This document shows, in pieces, positions 40,443 through 51,798 of a stretch of DNA of 64,000 bases. This stretch comes from an uncultured delta proteobacterium (GTDB lineage: Bacteria; Desulfobacterota; Binatia; Binatales; Binataceae). Location: contig CAVRVY010000001.1 of assembly GCA_963724765.1 (NCBI GenBank), positions 1,344,001-1,408,000 of the forward strand. The letters run 5' to 3'. Both the position numbers and the translations under genes were made by a program. The stretch's first letter is position 1. Every line of letters begins with the position of its first letter. The notes beneath the pieces were generated by a model. That model did not search any database. It was not told where the DNA came from and saw only the letters and a list, made by a program, of their open reading frames with translations.

Positions 40443-41312
40443 TCAGGAGTGACCGTGGCCACCGGACCGCGCCGCGATATGAGCTGGCGCGGGTCGGGAT
40501 CCACTCATACGCATGGGCGCGAACGCCCTAGTCTGCGCGGCACGCCGGCGTCCGAGGGCTTGCATCTTCTCCGCGCGCGCCCGCTGCAGGTTCTGTTGTT
40601 GCGCCATATGCTGTCGTTCGCGCGCCTGTTGGTCGGTCAGGCGCCCGCGCGGCGCCGCATATCTCCCTTGATCGTTCTGGCGCTGCAGCGCCGCGGTCTG
40701 CTGGGTATGAGGATACTCGACATGGTCGTCGACGCGCGTCCAGTCGTCGTCAGGAGTGTCGCGGACCGCATCTAACTCGCGAGGTTCTTTGGCAACCGCC
40801 GCTTGCGTCTGCGCTTTCGTTTGATTGTTCGTCTCGTTGCCAGGAGTATGTTTCCAGGCGCCGTGATGCTTGTTCGTGGGGATGATAATCCGGTTCACCC
40901 ACAGAGCGTAAGGCGATCGATTCCCGTAGCCATTGTTGCCGCACCAGCCGGAACCGTACGGATACGGTAGCTGCTGGCCGGTTGGAAACCAGGCGTTGGT
41001 GCTCGGAGCGTTCCACCATTGCACGGCGCCTCGGCCCGTCCCTGCCGACCATGATCCGCACGACCCCAGCCCGAGCCCATACCCTCCGGGGAGGTAGCCG
41101 AACGACAAGCCGTCGTTCTCCCCCCACCAATCGCTTTCGGTCAGGTCCAGCCTTGCGTCGGTCGAACTCTGGCCCTCGTCCTGAGCGCTGGACGCTGAGC
41201 CCGAGGATGCTTGGGCGGTCTCTTGCGGCTCCGCCGGATTTTGAGCGAACGCAGGCACCTTCATTATCAGGAGGAAGCCCGCGGCCGCGGCTAGAATCTT
41301 AAGTGTGCCCAT
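40443..41312 (-). CDS. Hypothetical secreted low-complexity protein
   Basis: Signal peptide MGTLKILAAAAGFLLIMKVPAFA-Q; Gly/Trp/Tyr-rich middle; Gln/Arg-rich tail. Confidence 0.55.
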   Translation of the reverse strand: MGTLKILAAAAGFLLIMKVPAFAQNPAEPQETAQASSGSASSAQDEGQSSTDARLDLTESDWWGENDGLSFGYLPGGYGLGLGSCGSWSAGTGRGAVQWWNAPSTNAWFPTGQQLPYPYGSGWCGNNGYGNRSPYALWVNRIIIPTNKHHGAWKHTPGNETNNQTKAQTQAAVAKEPRELDAVRDTPDDDWTRVDDHVEYPHTQQTAALQRQNDQGRYAAPRGRLTDQQARERQHMAQQQNLQRARAEKMQALGRRRAAQTRAFAPMRMSGSRPAPAHIAARSGGHGHS

Positions 41313-41466
41313 CGTCGCTACCCCAGTGGCTGCATGCTTGTTCCCATTGGAAGCTCCGCGATCTTGGCGCCGCATTCCCCTCCCCGCATTTGACGGTTTC
41401 CGTCCCGCAAACGTTTACATCGACGTCGCGTAGACGCGCCATATCTATAAATAGCGCGTTTGTGAC

Positions 41467-42450
41467 TCATCGTCCAACGTGGCGCAGCACCTCGTTTGCC
41501 AGGCGGCGCGTGGTCTCGGGGGTGCCAGCCCCGAAGATGAATTGTCCGACGCCCCACTCGGCCGCGCGGCGGTTGAGTTCCTCGATACACTGCTGCGGCG
41601 TGCCGATTAGAAACAGCGCCGAGCGAGGCGCCTCGCGCGCCGGGATGCCGAACATCCGGCCGATCTCGCGTGCGCTGGCCTCGGCGGCGGCCACTGAATC
41701 CGTGAGCATCACCGAGAAGACCGCATTGCTGATCGTGATCGCGTTGGGGTCGCGGCCCAAACGTGCGGCCTCGGCGCGTACGAACCTGGCCCTCTCTCGA
41801 AACGCCGCATCGCCGACCTGGCTCATGTTTTTCAGGGTCAGCTTTGCCGATTTGCCGGTGTCCACGGCGATATTCGCGACATCGGCGTGCTTGGCCATCA
41901 GGCGCAGCGCTCCGCGGCCGCTGCCGCCGATGATGATTGGCGGATGAGGCCGCTGGAGCGGCTTGGGCCACAAAATCGCGTCCTTCAGCCGATAAAACTC
42001 GCCCTCGAAGGTCGTACGTTCTTCGGTCCACAGCGAACGAATACAGGTCAGCGACTCGTCGAGCATCCGCAGGCGCGTGGCGATATCCGGAAAACCAATC
42101 CCGGTCATCCGGAATTCGGTCTCGGTCCACCCTGCGCCCAGGCCGGCCACCAGGCGTCCGCCGCTCAGATGGTCGAGCGACATCAGGGCCTGCGCCGTCA
42201 CTGCGGGATGGCGAAAGAGGTTGCATAGCACGAGGTGCCCGATTCGAATCGTACGGGTCGCCTGCGCGGCGACCGCAGCCAGCAGGATCGCCTCGTGGGC
42301 GATAGCGTGCGGGTCGTATTCCCCGCCGGGCGGCTCGTGGACGAAATGGTCGGGAAACACTACGAGGTGATAGCCGAGTTCCTCGGCGATCCGCGCTGAC
42401 TCGCGCACGGTTTCGAGATCAATCTTGGCCAGAAACAGTCCGAAATCCAT
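41467..42450 (-). CDS. LLM-class (luciferase-like) oxidoreductase, probably F420-dependent
   Basis: FPDHF, IGHLVLCNLFRHPA, DHLSGGRL..GLGAGW, PKPLQRPHPPIIIGGSG. Confidence 0.9.
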   Translation of the reverse strand: MDFGLFLAKIDLETVRESARIAEELGYHLVVFPDHFVHEPPGGEYDPHAIAHEAILLAAVAAQATRTIRIGHLVLCNLFRHPAVTAQALMSLDHLSGGRLVAGLGAGWTETEFRMTGIGFPDIATRLRMLDESLTCIRSLWTEERTTFEGEFYRLKDAILWPKPLQRPHPPIIIGGSGRGALRLMAKHADVANIAVDTGKSAKLTLKNMSQVGDAAFRERARFVRAEAARLGRDPNAITISNAVFSVMLTDSVAAAEASAREIGRMFGIPAREAPRSALFLIGTPQQCIEELNRRAAEWGVGQFIFGAGTPETTRRLANEVLRHVGR

Positions 42451-42540
42451 CCCAAGCTCCTTTCGATGAATCGCGCAGTTTAGCACAACGCCGCAGCAGC
42501 GCATCGGCGCAACGGAAACCATCGATTTCGAGGGATATTG

Positions 42541-44607
42541 CTATTCGTGGTCAGGCACGAGATCGAGCGCTGCGAGCCAGGCCGCGGCTTCGCTGTCCGA
42601 GGGCGCGCGCCAGTCGCCGCGCGGCGAGAGCGATCCGCCCGAGCCGACCTTGGGCGAGTTGGGTACGGCGCTGCGCTTGAACTGGCTGGTCTGGAAGAAG
42701 CGGAAAAGAAACGTGCGCAGATGCTCCTTCAGTTGGCCAATCGCGTACTGGTGGCGAGACTCGGATGGCACGTCGGGCCATCCGCCGCGCCGCGCGTCGT
42801 GCCACGCGCAGTAAGCGAGAAACGCGACCTTGGCCGGCGGATAGCCGAAGCGCAGGACGTGGTAGAGGCTGAAGTCGTGCAACTCGTAGGGGCCGATCAT
42901 CGCCTCGGTGTCCTGCGCAGGGCCCTCGCCGCCATCGCCGCCGGGCACCAGTTCGGGGCTGATGGGAGTGGCCAGGATTTCGTGCAGCGTGGTGCTCGTT
43001 TTGGCGCCGAGCCGTCCGGTGCCGGCGACCCATCGGATGAGATGCTGGATGAGCGTCTTGGGCACGCTGGCGTTGACGTTGTAGTGCGACATCTGGTCGC
43101 CGACCCCGTAGGTACACCATCCGAGCGCGAGTTCGCTCAGATCGCCGGTGCCGACCACCAACGCGCCGTTGAGGTTGGCGAGGCGGAACAGATGACTGGT
43201 GCGCTCGCCGGCCTGCACGTTTTCGAATGCGATATCGTAAACCGCGGCGTCTTCGCGATGCGGATGGCCGATGTCTTTGAGCATCTGGTGCGCGGCGGGC
43301 CGGATGTCGAGTTCGTGCGCGGTGCATCCGATCGCCCGCATCAGGTCGCGCGCCTGCTCGAGCGTGCGCGCGGAGGTCGCAAACCCGGGCATCGTGTAGC
43401 CAAGGATGCTGGCGCGCGGATAGCCGAGCAGATCCATCGCCTGCGCACAGACCAGCAGCGCCTGGGTCGAGTCGAGGCCCCCTGAGACGCCAATCACGAC
43501 GCGTTTGATTCCGGTCGCGCGCAGCCGCGTCGCCAGTCCCTGCACCTGGATTTCGTAAACCTCTGAGCATCGCTCGTCGCGCACTGCCGGGTTGGAGGGT
43601 ACGTAGGGGAAGCGCTCGGGCCGGCGCTCGGGTAGCATCCGGTCGCGCCGCGCGAGTTCGGCCGGGAATTTGATCGTGCGAAAGCCCCGCAGCTCATCGC
43701 GATGATGCCGCACTGTCTGGGCGAAGCTGGTCTGGCGCATCCGTTCCTGGGACAGGCGTTCGAGATCGATCTCCGAGCAGACGAGTTGCGGCTCGAAGCT
43801 GAAGCGATTTGACTCGGCGAGCAGGTTTCCGTTTTCGCAAATGAGCCCCTGGCCGTCCCAGGCGAGGTCGGTGGTCGATTCTCCGGCGCCAGCGCCGGCA
43901 AAGAGATAGGCCGCCATGCATCGCGCCGACTGATTTTCGACCAGCGCACGCCGGTATTCAGCCTTGGCGACGGTGACCGGCGAGCCCGAGAGGTTGAGCA
44001 GCACGGTCGCGCCGGCCAGCGCCGCATAGGACGACGGCGGAATCGGCACCCACAGGTCCTCGCAAATCTCGACGTGAAAAGCGAGCAACGGTTGTTCCTC
44101 GACCGCAAACAGCAGGCGGGCGCCGAACGGAATCGCGGATTGGCCGCAAAACTCGATTTCATTGCGCAGCGCCACGTCGCCGGGCACGAACTGGCGCATC
44201 TCGTAGAACTCGCGGTAGTTGGGCAGATAGGTCTTGGGCGTCACGCCGAGGATGCGTCCGCGATGAAGGACGGCGGCGCAATTGAAAAGCTGATGGTCGA
44301 TCGCAAGCCCGAAGCCAACGACCGCGACGGTGTCGAGCGCGCGGCTCGCCTCGACGATCCTGCTCAGCGCCGCGACGCATCCGTCGAGCACGACGCGCTG
44401 CTGATGCAGGTCTTCACAGGAGTAGCCGGGAAGTCCGAGTTCCGGGAAGAGTACGAGGGCCGCGTGACGCTCGGCCGCCTGGCGCATCAGGGCGATGGTC
44501 TGCTCGGCGTTGAAGGCCGGGTTGGCGACGCGCACGGCCGGGATAGCGACCGCGACGCGGACCATGTCGTGATTATGGAAATTGAAGAAATTCTCGCCCG
44601 CTCTCAA
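42541..44607 (-). CDS. nadE: Glutamine-dependent NAD+ synthetase
   Basis: Nitrilase domain [26 protein letters not shown]; synthetase [28 protein letters not shown]. Probable TTG start at 44607. Confidence 0.96.
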   Translation of the reverse strand: MRAGENFFNFHNHDMVRVAVAIPAVRVANPAFNAEQTIALMRQAAERHAALVLFPELGLPGYSCEDLHQQRVVLDGCVAALSRIVEASRALDTVAVVGFGLAIDHQLFNCAAVLHRGRILGVTPKTYLPNYREFYEMRQFVPGDVALRNEIEFCGQSAIPFGARLLFAVEEQPLLAFHVEICEDLWVPIPPSSYAALAGATVLLNLSGSPVTVAKAEYRRALVENQSARCMAAYLFAGAGAGESTTDLAWDGQGLICENGNLLAESNRFSFEPQLVCSEIDLERLSQERMRQTSFAQTVRHHRDELRGFRTIKFPAELARRDRMLPERRPERFPYVPSNPAVRDERCSEVYEIQVQGLATRLRATGIKRVVIGVSGGLDSTQALLVCAQAMDLLGYPRASILGYTMPGFATSARTLEQARDLMRAIGCTAHELDIRPAAHQMLKDIGHPHREDAAVYDIAFENVQAGERTSHLFRLANLNGALVVGTGDLSELALGWCTYGVGDQMSHYNVNASVPKTLIQHLIRWVAGTGRLGAKTSTTLHEILATPISPELVPGGDGGEGPAQDTEAMIGPYELHDFSLYHVLRFGYPPAKVAFLAYCAWHDARRGGWPDVPSESRHQYAIGQLKEHLRTFLFRFFQTSQFKRSAVPNSPKVGSGGSLSPRGDWRAPSDSEAAAWLAALDLVPDHE

Positions 44608-44704
44608 CGTGTCATCCTCGGCTAGACTTAGTGTATATCGGACGCATCGCAAAAAGAACTCAAGCTTCGCATGATCCGATGGGCCGCGCGCACGAACACG
44701 TTCT

Positions 44705-45115
44705 CTAGTTGAAGTGGCGCTCGATGTAGATCAGCGCGCTTTCAAGGTCGGGCAGGATCTTGGTGCAAAACCGCACCATCCAGGGCGAGCAGTCCTTGAA
44801 GCCGAGCGGGCTGAATGCGATCACGAACTTGCCGAGGTCGTGGCTGGCGTAGAAGACTTCCATCGCGGTGCCCAGCGAAGGCTTGCAATAGTTGACCAGC
44901 AACAGGTCGGCCTCGCGGACGTCCTGCAGATCGAACTCGACGATCTCGTTGGAGGAGTCGAGCTCGTTGTCGCGGAAATTGCGACGCAGCGGATCGAGCA
45001 GGATGAAGCGGCCTGCCAGACGTTCCTTGGCGCGGGTGCGCCAGTCCTTGGCCGCCTTCGGGTCGGCGTCCATGATCGGTCCGCAGAGGTAGATTTTCCG
45101 CACGCTCTCCGACAT
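44705..45115 (-). CDS. Nucleoside 2-deoxyribosyltransferase-like protein
   Basis: [40 protein letters not shown]. Confidence 0.75.
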   Translation of the reverse strand: MSESVRKIYLCGPIMDADPKAAKDWRTRAKERLAGRFILLDPLRRNFRDNELDSSNEIVEFDLQDVREADLLLVNYCKPSLGTAMEVFYASHDLGKFVIAFSPLGFKDCSPWMVRFCTKILPDLESALIYIERHFN

Positions 45116-45176
45116 AGGCAGGCAAATTAGCACAGCTTCGCGTCTTCCGCCGCATCGCACAGGAGAGAGCCGGAAG

Positions 45177-45215
45177 ACCTAACTCCCGGCCTCTTCCCGT
45201 TGCGGAAGGGGCGTA
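45177..45215 (-). repeat. Degenerate REP-like intergenic repeat, copy 2
   Basis: Reverse complement TACGCCCCTTCCGCAACGGGAAGAGGCCGGGAGTTAGGT resembles 10075-10113. Confidence 0.5.
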
Positions 45216-45343
45216 AACGCGTTGCTACGAAACCGGCGCGGGCGGATTGCGTATTATTCATGGGAAAGTGCGGCCGCTTTCTTCATTCAGCATCGGAAAC
45301 CGGGTAAGTCTTTAAGAGGCGGCTGGTCGAGCGCCTGATCAGG

Positions 45344-46135
<792 letters not shown>

Positions 46136-46187
46136 CGCCGCCCGGCGGAGGATGCGGCGCGGGCGCGACGATGGTATTGTTCATCAT

Positions 46188-46847
46188 ATGAGCTTGCTGA
46201 TTCCAATGGTGGTCGAACAGACCGGCCGCGGAGAGCGCGCGTACGACATCTACTCGCGCCTGCTGAAGGACCGGATAGTTTTCATCGGCGGCCCGATTCA
46301 TGACGAGGCCGCCAACCTGGTCACGGCGCAACTCCTGTTCCTCGAATCCGAGGATCCCGAGCGCGAGATCAACATATATATCAACTCGCCGGGCGGCTCG
46401 GTGACGGCGGGGCTCGCGATTTATGACACCATGCAGTTCATCAAGCCTCCGGTGTCGACGCTATGCGTGGGGCAGGCGGCAAGTATGGGAGCGGTGCTGC
46501 TGGCGGCAGGCGCCAAGGGGCGGCGCTACGCGCTGCCGCACTCGCGCATCATGATCCACCAGCTCTCGGGCGGCTTCGAGGGCCAGGCGACCGATATCGA
46601 AATCCAGGCGCGCGAGGCGCTGCGCCTGCGCGAGATACTCAACAACATCCTGACCAACCATACCGGGCAAGGGCTCAAGCGCATCGAGAAGGACACGGAC
46701 CGCGACTTCTTTATGCACGCCGCGCAAGCGGTCGAGTACGGGCTCATCGACGAGGTGATCGCCAACCGCCAGGGCAAAGCCGGCAGCGATCATGCCAAGC
46801 CAGCCGAGCATCCCAAAGCAGCCGAACATCCCAAGCCCACGCCTTAG
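46188..46847 (+). CDS. clpP: ATP-dependent Clp protease proteolytic subunit
   Basis: [45 protein letters not shown]. Confidence 0.97.
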   Translation: MSLLIPMVVEQTGRGERAYDIYSRLLKDRIVFIGGPIHDEAANLVTAQLLFLESEDPEREINIYINSPGGSVTAGLAIYDTMQFIKPPVSTLCVGQAASMGAVLLAAGAKGRRYALPHSRIMIHQLSGGFEGQATDIEIQAREALRLREILNNILTNHTGQGLKRIEKDTDRDFFMHAAQAVEYGLIDEVIANRQGKAGSDHAKPAEHPKAAEHPKPTP

Positions 46848-46869
46848 GTGGCGGGGATTTCCGAAAAGC

Positions 46870-46909
46870 AAAAAAGGCCGGCATCCGTCAGGGCGCCGGC
46901 CTTTTCTTT
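46870..46909. terminator. Bidirectional rho-independent terminator between clpP and the encapsulin gene
   Basis: AAAAAAGGCCGGC...GCCGGCCTTTTCTTT. Confidence 0.85.
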
Positions 46910-46925
46910 CTATCCCGTATCGCTC

Positions 46926-47729
46926 TTATCCCGCGGGTGTAAGCGCCACCGCGGCTTCAGATGTAAGCAGGAGGAAGGTGAGCGTTTCCTGCAGGTACAG
47001 GGTAACGGCTGTGTCCGAGTGCTTCGAATAACCAATCGAGACGTCCTGGCCGATGTGCAGATCGAAGTCGCCGCCACGGGTGGTAAGGACGAAGGCTCCG
47101 GCGATTGCCGGCGCCCAGATAATTTCCTCGTTGACCAGGCGCTGGATGTGCTGGATCACCGGATAGCCGTGATCGCTGGTTTCGCTCAACGCCGTGTAAG
47201 CGTCCGCGCCCAGTAATACCGAATAGGGACCGTTGACGCCGACGAGACGCAACTGGCTGAGCGCTCCGGCGATCGCGTCGGGATATTGAATTACTTCGGC
47301 GGGCAGAGTTGCCACAGGATTGCTGGTCCCTTGCCGGATACCCTGGATGCCGGCTGCGGCGTAGCCTTCGAAGATGGCGCGGTCTTCGGCAAAGGCGATG
47401 CGCTTCGCGGCGTCTTTTAGCGGCTGCCAATCAGAATCGTTTGCCCCCCGCTCGACGTCGTCGATCGCCTGGCGTTCCAGTTCGAACGGTACCCGCAACT
47501 CCACCAGGGCCTTCACTTCGCGCTGGCGGGCGATGATTCCATCTCCGGGCGCCTCGACCGTGCGCAGGTGGCCGGTGCCGACGGCGGACAAGGCGACTCC
47601 GCCGGGTCCTTTGACGTCCACGACACGTCGTCCCGCAAGATAGCGTTTTAGCGTGCGCGCCGCCTCCGCCTCGATTTGGGCCCACGCGCTCTCGGAAAGC
47701 GGGGCAAGCTCGCGGTGCAGGTTATTCAT
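46926..47729 (-). CDS. Family 1 encapsulin shell protein (linocin M18 / CFP29 type)
   Basis: MNNLHRELAPLSESAWAQIE, AGRRVVDV, VELRVPF, AFAEDRAIF, GQDVSIGY, YLQET. Confidence 0.95.
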   Translation of the reverse strand: MNNLHRELAPLSESAWAQIEAEAARTLKRYLAGRRVVDVKGPGGVALSAVGTGHLRTVEAPGDGIIARQREVKALVELRVPFELERQAIDDVERGANDSDWQPLKDAAKRIAFAEDRAIFEGYAAAGIQGIRQGTSNPVATLPAEVIQYPDAIAGALSQLRLVGVNGPYSVLLGADAYTALSETSDHGYPVIQHIQRLVNEEIIWAPAIAGAFVLTTRGGDFDLHIGQDVSIGYSKHSDTAVTLYLQETLTFLLLTSEAAVALTPAG

Positions 47730-48798
47730 TGCGGGGTTCTCCTTTGAGGGAGCCGATGCCCAGCGAACCGTCGCTGGTCGGCGGAGCGGGAAGTGATGAA
47801 TCGGTCTCCGAAGCGGCGGTAGTCTCAGGTGCCTGGAGTTGGTCCGGCGCCACGCTCTCCAAGAACGAGAGCGAAGGCACGAAGAACAGGTTGCCTGTGA
47901 CCGCACGGCTGAAATCAAGCAGTCGATCATAATTGCCCGGCGGTCGCCCCACGAACATGTTCTGCAGCATCTGCTCGATCGTGCGGGGTGAGCGGGCGTA
48001 ACCGATGAAGTAGGTGCCGAACTCACCTTGTCCAACTTGCCCGAAGGCCATGTTGCTGCGGAGGATCTTAATCTCTTTGCCGTTCTCCACGATTGTCGTC
48101 AGTTCACTATGCGCGGAAGTCGGCCTGATCCCATCGTCCAACTCGACATCGGAGAGCTTGGTGCGGCCGATGATCCGTTCCTGGGCGGCGATAGGCAGAG
48201 CGTCCCACCCCGCCAGGTCGTGCAGGTACTTCTGCACGATTACGTAACTCCCGCCGGCGAAGGCGGGATCTTCCTCGCCAATGAAAGTGGCGTCGATAGC
48301 GGCTTGATTCGCGGGATTTTCCGTTCCGTCGACGAATCCGAGCAGATCGCGCGAATCGAAGTAACGGAAGCCGTGGACCTCATCCGCCGGACTGACCGCT
48401 TTGCCTAACTTCATCATGATCTGCGTCGCCAACTCGAAGCACAGATCCTCTCGTTCGGCGCGGATATGGAAAAGCAGATCGCCTGGCGTGGCGACGGCAT
48501 GGCGCGACTCGGCCTTGATCTCGCGGAAGGGATGAAGCTCCGCCGGCCGCGGTTGCCCGAAGAGCCGGTCCCATGCGTCCGATCCAAAGCCGAGCACGCA
48601 CGAGAGCTTTCCCTCGGGCTCGCGGAAACCCACCGCGCGTAACAGCTTGGACAGGTCTGCGCATAGCGATCGGACAGTCGTCAGGCTCTCTACACCCGGG
48701 TTCACCGTTACGATCAGAAAGATCGCGGCGCGTGTGAGCGGCCTGACCACTGCCTGTGGCAGGAGGTGCGGCCAGGTCATCCCCTCTGCGCCGTTCAT
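47722..48798 (-). CDS. DyP-type peroxidase, encapsulin cargo (start uncertain, 48780-48816)
   Basis: GFVDGTEN (GXXDG), QKYLHD, IIGRTK, SAH, ILR, YFIGY, DRLLDFS; C-terminal targeting peptide DGSLGIGSLKG. Confidence 0.94.
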   Translation of the reverse strand: MNGAEGMTWPHLLPQAVVRPLTRAAIFLIVTVNPGVESLTTVRSLCADLSKLLRAVGFREPEGKLSCVLGFGSDAWDRLFGQPRPAELHPFREIKAESRHAVATPGDLLFHIRAEREDLCFELATQIMMKLGKAVSPADEVHGFRYFDSRDLLGFVDGTENPANQAAIDATFIGEEDPAFAGGSYVIVQKYLHDLAGWDALPIAAQERIIGRTKLSDVELDDGIRPTSAHSELTTIVENGKEIKILRSNMAFGQVGQGEFGTYFIGYARSPRTIEQMLQNMFVGRPPGNYDRLLDFSRAVTGNLFFVPSLSFLESVAPDQLQAPETTAASETDSSLPAPPTSDGSLGIGSLKGEPRNE

Positions 48799-48895
48799 CG
48801 AATCGAAGACACGCATCGGGAGACGAGGCGGTTCCGATCCATCGTCATCATCGCAGCAGCCACGCCGAAGCGGCGGGTTGGGAGTTGGCGAAAGA

Positions 48896-50197
48896 TCATT
48901 GGCCGCCGCCGGCCGCCGCCACCGACGGTTCGGCCGGATACTGCGCCAGTTCATCGAGCGCGGGTTTGATCTCTTTCATGAAAATATGAAGCTGGCGCAG
49001 CACCTCTTCCTTCGGCATCTGCGCGTAATGATAAATCAGCGTCAGGTACTCGCTGGGGAAGCGTTTGTATTCCTCGACCAGCGTGTTGCGCACGCTCTCG
49101 ACCGTGCCCGGCACCCATAGTCCGAACTTGGTCACCGCCTTGACCACGTCCTTCGGCTCGACCGTGTGCCGGCCCATCGCGGCGTAGAAGTTGCGGAAGA
49201 TGTCGGAGTCGTACTTCATCACCGACTCGTGCGCCTTCTCCATCGTGTCGCCGATATGCGGCATCCGCACCAGCGCCTGGTTTTGCCCGAGCGCCATCGG
49301 GCGGCCGAGCCGGTTGGTTTCCTTGACGTAGGCGTTGCCCAGCGTGAGCGCCGTGTCGAGCGAGGTGAAGTAGAGCGGGATAAAGCCGCGGCTGGCCGCA
49401 TACTCGGCGCTCTCGGGCGAGCCCGCGGTGGCGACGAAGACCGGGGGATGTGGCCGCGTGTAAGGCGACGGCACCACGCATACGCGCCGCGTGTTGCCCT
49501 CGGCGTCGACCTCGCCATGCGCACCGAGCCGTCCGGTCACGCCGAACTTGCCGAGCGGCCAGTCGTCGACGCCGCTCTCGTAGGGGAAGGGGATCTGCCA
49601 GGTCTTGCCGTTGTACTCGATACTCTCCTGGGTCCACGCTTTTACGACGATGTCGATTTCTTCCTCGAAGATGCGCCGGTTGATGTCGTCGTCGTCGACG
49701 TCTTTTTTGACCACGTCCTTGCCGAACAGCCGCGCCGGGTCGACCTTGGCGGCCGAGGGCGAGGTGGTGGCGCGCGTGCCGAGATGCTGGCCGATGACGT
49801 TGGTCCAGCGCGACTGGTAGCCGCGCGCGAAGCCGACGAAGAAGCGTCCGTTGGCGAGATGGTCGAGGATCGCGGTTTCCTCGGCGACCCGCAGCGGGTT
49901 CTGCGTGCTCATCACGTAGCCCATCTGGCCGACGCGAATTTTCTTGGTGATCGCGGCCCAGTAGGCGTTGAGCACGCCAGGGTTGGGACCGACCTCGTAG
50001 CCCTCGGACCAGAAGTGATGCTCGATTGTGGCGGCGCCCCACAGGCCCATCTCGTCGGCGGCCTTGATGATATCGTGCCATCCGAGCAGGGTTTGGTGGT
50101 ACAGTTCGCGATTGCGCCCGATCGGGCGCAGCGCCGCGCGCTCCTCTTCACTGGCCGCAGGAATCACCGGGTAGAGCTGAAGAATTATTTTGACCAT
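48896..50197 (-). CDS. LLM-class flavin-dependent oxidoreductase
   Basis: IEHHFWSEG, NPLRVAEETAILDHLANGRFFVGFARGY, PSPYTRPHPP. Confidence 0.88.
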   Translation of the reverse strand: MVKIILQLYPVIPAASEEERAALRPIGRNRELYHQTLLGWHDIIKAADEMGLWGAATIEHHFWSEGYEVGPNPGVLNAYWAAITKKIRVGQMGYVMSTQNPLRVAEETAILDHLANGRFFVGFARGYQSRWTNVIGQHLGTRATTSPSAAKVDPARLFGKDVVKKDVDDDDINRRIFEEEIDIVVKAWTQESIEYNGKTWQIPFPYESGVDDWPLGKFGVTGRLGAHGEVDAEGNTRRVCVVPSPYTRPHPPVFVATAGSPESAEYAASRGFIPLYFTSLDTALTLGNAYVKETNRLGRPMALGQNQALVRMPHIGDTMEKAHESVMKYDSDIFRNFYAAMGRHTVEPKDVVKAVTKFGLWVPGTVESVRNTLVEEYKRFPSEYLTLIYHYAQMPKEEVLRQLHIFMKEIKPALDELAQYPAEPSVAAAGGGQ

Positions 50198-50274
50198 GAC
50201 TTCCTTATCGTTGCTGTCGGAAATTGCCGCTTACGACGGCGTTAGCATGCGGCGCACGCAGGCGGCAAGTGCCG

Positions 50275-51171
50275 CTACGGTGTGGCGCGAAAGATGCCCT
50301 CGGCGCCCTTCGTGGTTCGCCCGAGGGCGTGGTCAATAAAGGCGTAGTCGCCCGCTTCGTGAACGCGAAATTCGAACACTGCGCCGTCGCCGGGGCCGAC
50401 CTCGAAGCTCGCGAGATCGTGCATCGCGTCGGCCGGGTTGCCGCCGCGATAGACCGTGCTGAAGATCGCACCCGACACGTGAAAGGTCGAACTCAGGTTG
50501 GGACCGGCGTTGACAAAGAAGACGCGCACCAGTTCGCCGGTCTTGATCGTAATCGGATGCTCGACGTAGCGATCCACCATCCCGTTGAAGACCACGAAAT
50601 CGGGCCGCTCCTCGACCTCCTTGCGGCTGTCGCCGGCCACCAGCCCATTTTTGTCGGGCGTGCCGTAGTACTCGCCCTGTACGATCATCACTTCGTGCGC
50701 CTTGGGCCAGCCCTGAGCCGGGTCGACGATCATCATCCCATACATCCCGTTGGCGACGTGCGAGAGCGCCGGGATGGCGCTGCATTGGTAGAGGAACGCG
50801 CCGGGGACGCGCGCGCGAAAGCTGTAGCTCAGGTTGCGCAGGCCATCGGGCGCGGTGAAATGGAGCTTGGGCGCCAGCTCAGCGGCGTGCGTATCGATCC
50901 CGTGCGCCATCGTGGTCGGATTGACGAGCTTGAGCGTGACTTCGTCGCCCTCGCGCACGCGTAGTAACGGCCCCGGCACCTGGCCGTCGTAGGTCCACGC
51001 GTCGTAAGTCAGATCGAGGCCAATCTCGATACGCTTGTTCTCGACCGTCAGTGTGAAGCTTTTGTTTCCGGCGGGGGCGGCCGGCGTCGCCGGCGCCAAC
51101 AGGATCAGGATGAGGACCAGAATAGCGATGCGCGGCAATGCGATTGGGGCGACGGATGCCGCCGTAGTCAT
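50275..51171 (-). CDS. Two-domain multicopper protein, Cu-nitrite reductase (NirK/AniA)-like, with atypical type-2 site
   Basis: Signal peptide; WTYDGQVPGPLLRVREGD, HGIDTH, YQC...HVANGMYG, FHVSG, FIDH. Confidence 0.82.
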   Translation of the reverse strand: MTTAASVAPIALPRIAILVLILILLAPATPAAPAGNKSFTLTVENKRIEIGLDLTYDAWTYDGQVPGPLLRVREGDEVTLKLVNPTTMAHGIDTHAAELAPKLHFTAPDGLRNLSYSFRARVPGAFLYQCSAIPALSHVANGMYGMMIVDPAQGWPKAHEVMIVQGEYYGTPDKNGLVAGDSRKEVEERPDFVVFNGMVDRYVEHPITIKTGELVRVFFVNAGPNLSSTFHVSGAIFSTVYRGGNPADAMHDLASFEVGPGDGAVFEFRVHEAGDYAFIDHALGRTTKGAEGIFRATP

Positions 51172-51209
51172 CGATCGATTGGGTCTCGCGCGCAACGCTT
51201 GACCGGCGC

Positions 51210-51752
51210 TCAGCGCGGCGCGCCCGCCGTCTTTCCCGAGGCCTTTTTGGAGGACGCGGCCGCCTTGACCGTCTCGGCTGGCTTGGCCGCCTGCGGTTGG
51301 GTCTCGGGTTGCGGCGTAAAACGCAGGGTCAGGACCGGGCACACGGCGTTGCGCACTACAGCCTCGGTCACGCTGCCGAAGAGCAGATGCCCGATCGCGC
51401 TGCGCCCATGCGTCGCCATCACGATCAGATCGGCGGCGAGTTCGCGCGAGAAGGCCAGGATGGTTTTCGGCACTTCCGAGACGAACGTGATACGCGTATG
51501 GGTCTCGCAGGGGGTGCGGGACAGCCGGCGGCGCACGAGGTCCTTGAGCTTGCGCTGAGCCTCCTCTTCCGCCTCTTCATCGGCGCCGATGTTGACTCCG
51601 TGGTCCGCGAGCATCGGCAGGATCGGCAGCACGTGAAGCAGATGGATCGTTGCGCCCATGTCGGTCGCGAGGCGGCGCGCATGCGTGAGCGCGGCCATCG
51701 AGTTGTCGTCGAAATCGACCGGGCAGAGGATGATCTTGTACGGATATCCCAT
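51210..51752 (-). CDS. Universal stress protein
   Basis: ILCPVDF, ADLIVMATHGRS...FGSVTEAVVRNAVCPVL. Confidence 0.94.
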   Translation of the reverse strand: MGYPYKIILCPVDFDDNSMAALTHARRLATDMGATIHLLHVLPILPMLADHGVNIGADEEAEEEAQRKLKDLVRRRLSRTPCETHTRITFVSEVPKTILAFSRELAADLIVMATHGRSAIGHLLFGSVTEAVVRNAVCPVLTLRFTPQPETQPQAAKPAETVKAAASSKKASGKTAGAPR

Positions 51753-51798
51753 GAAGATGTGCTCCTGTTCTCTGCCGCTGGACGGCCCGGGTGGAGCG

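Noticed and set aside
38856-41400. Prophage or integrative element at the tRNA
   Set aside because: No integrase, phage genes or att repeat visible.
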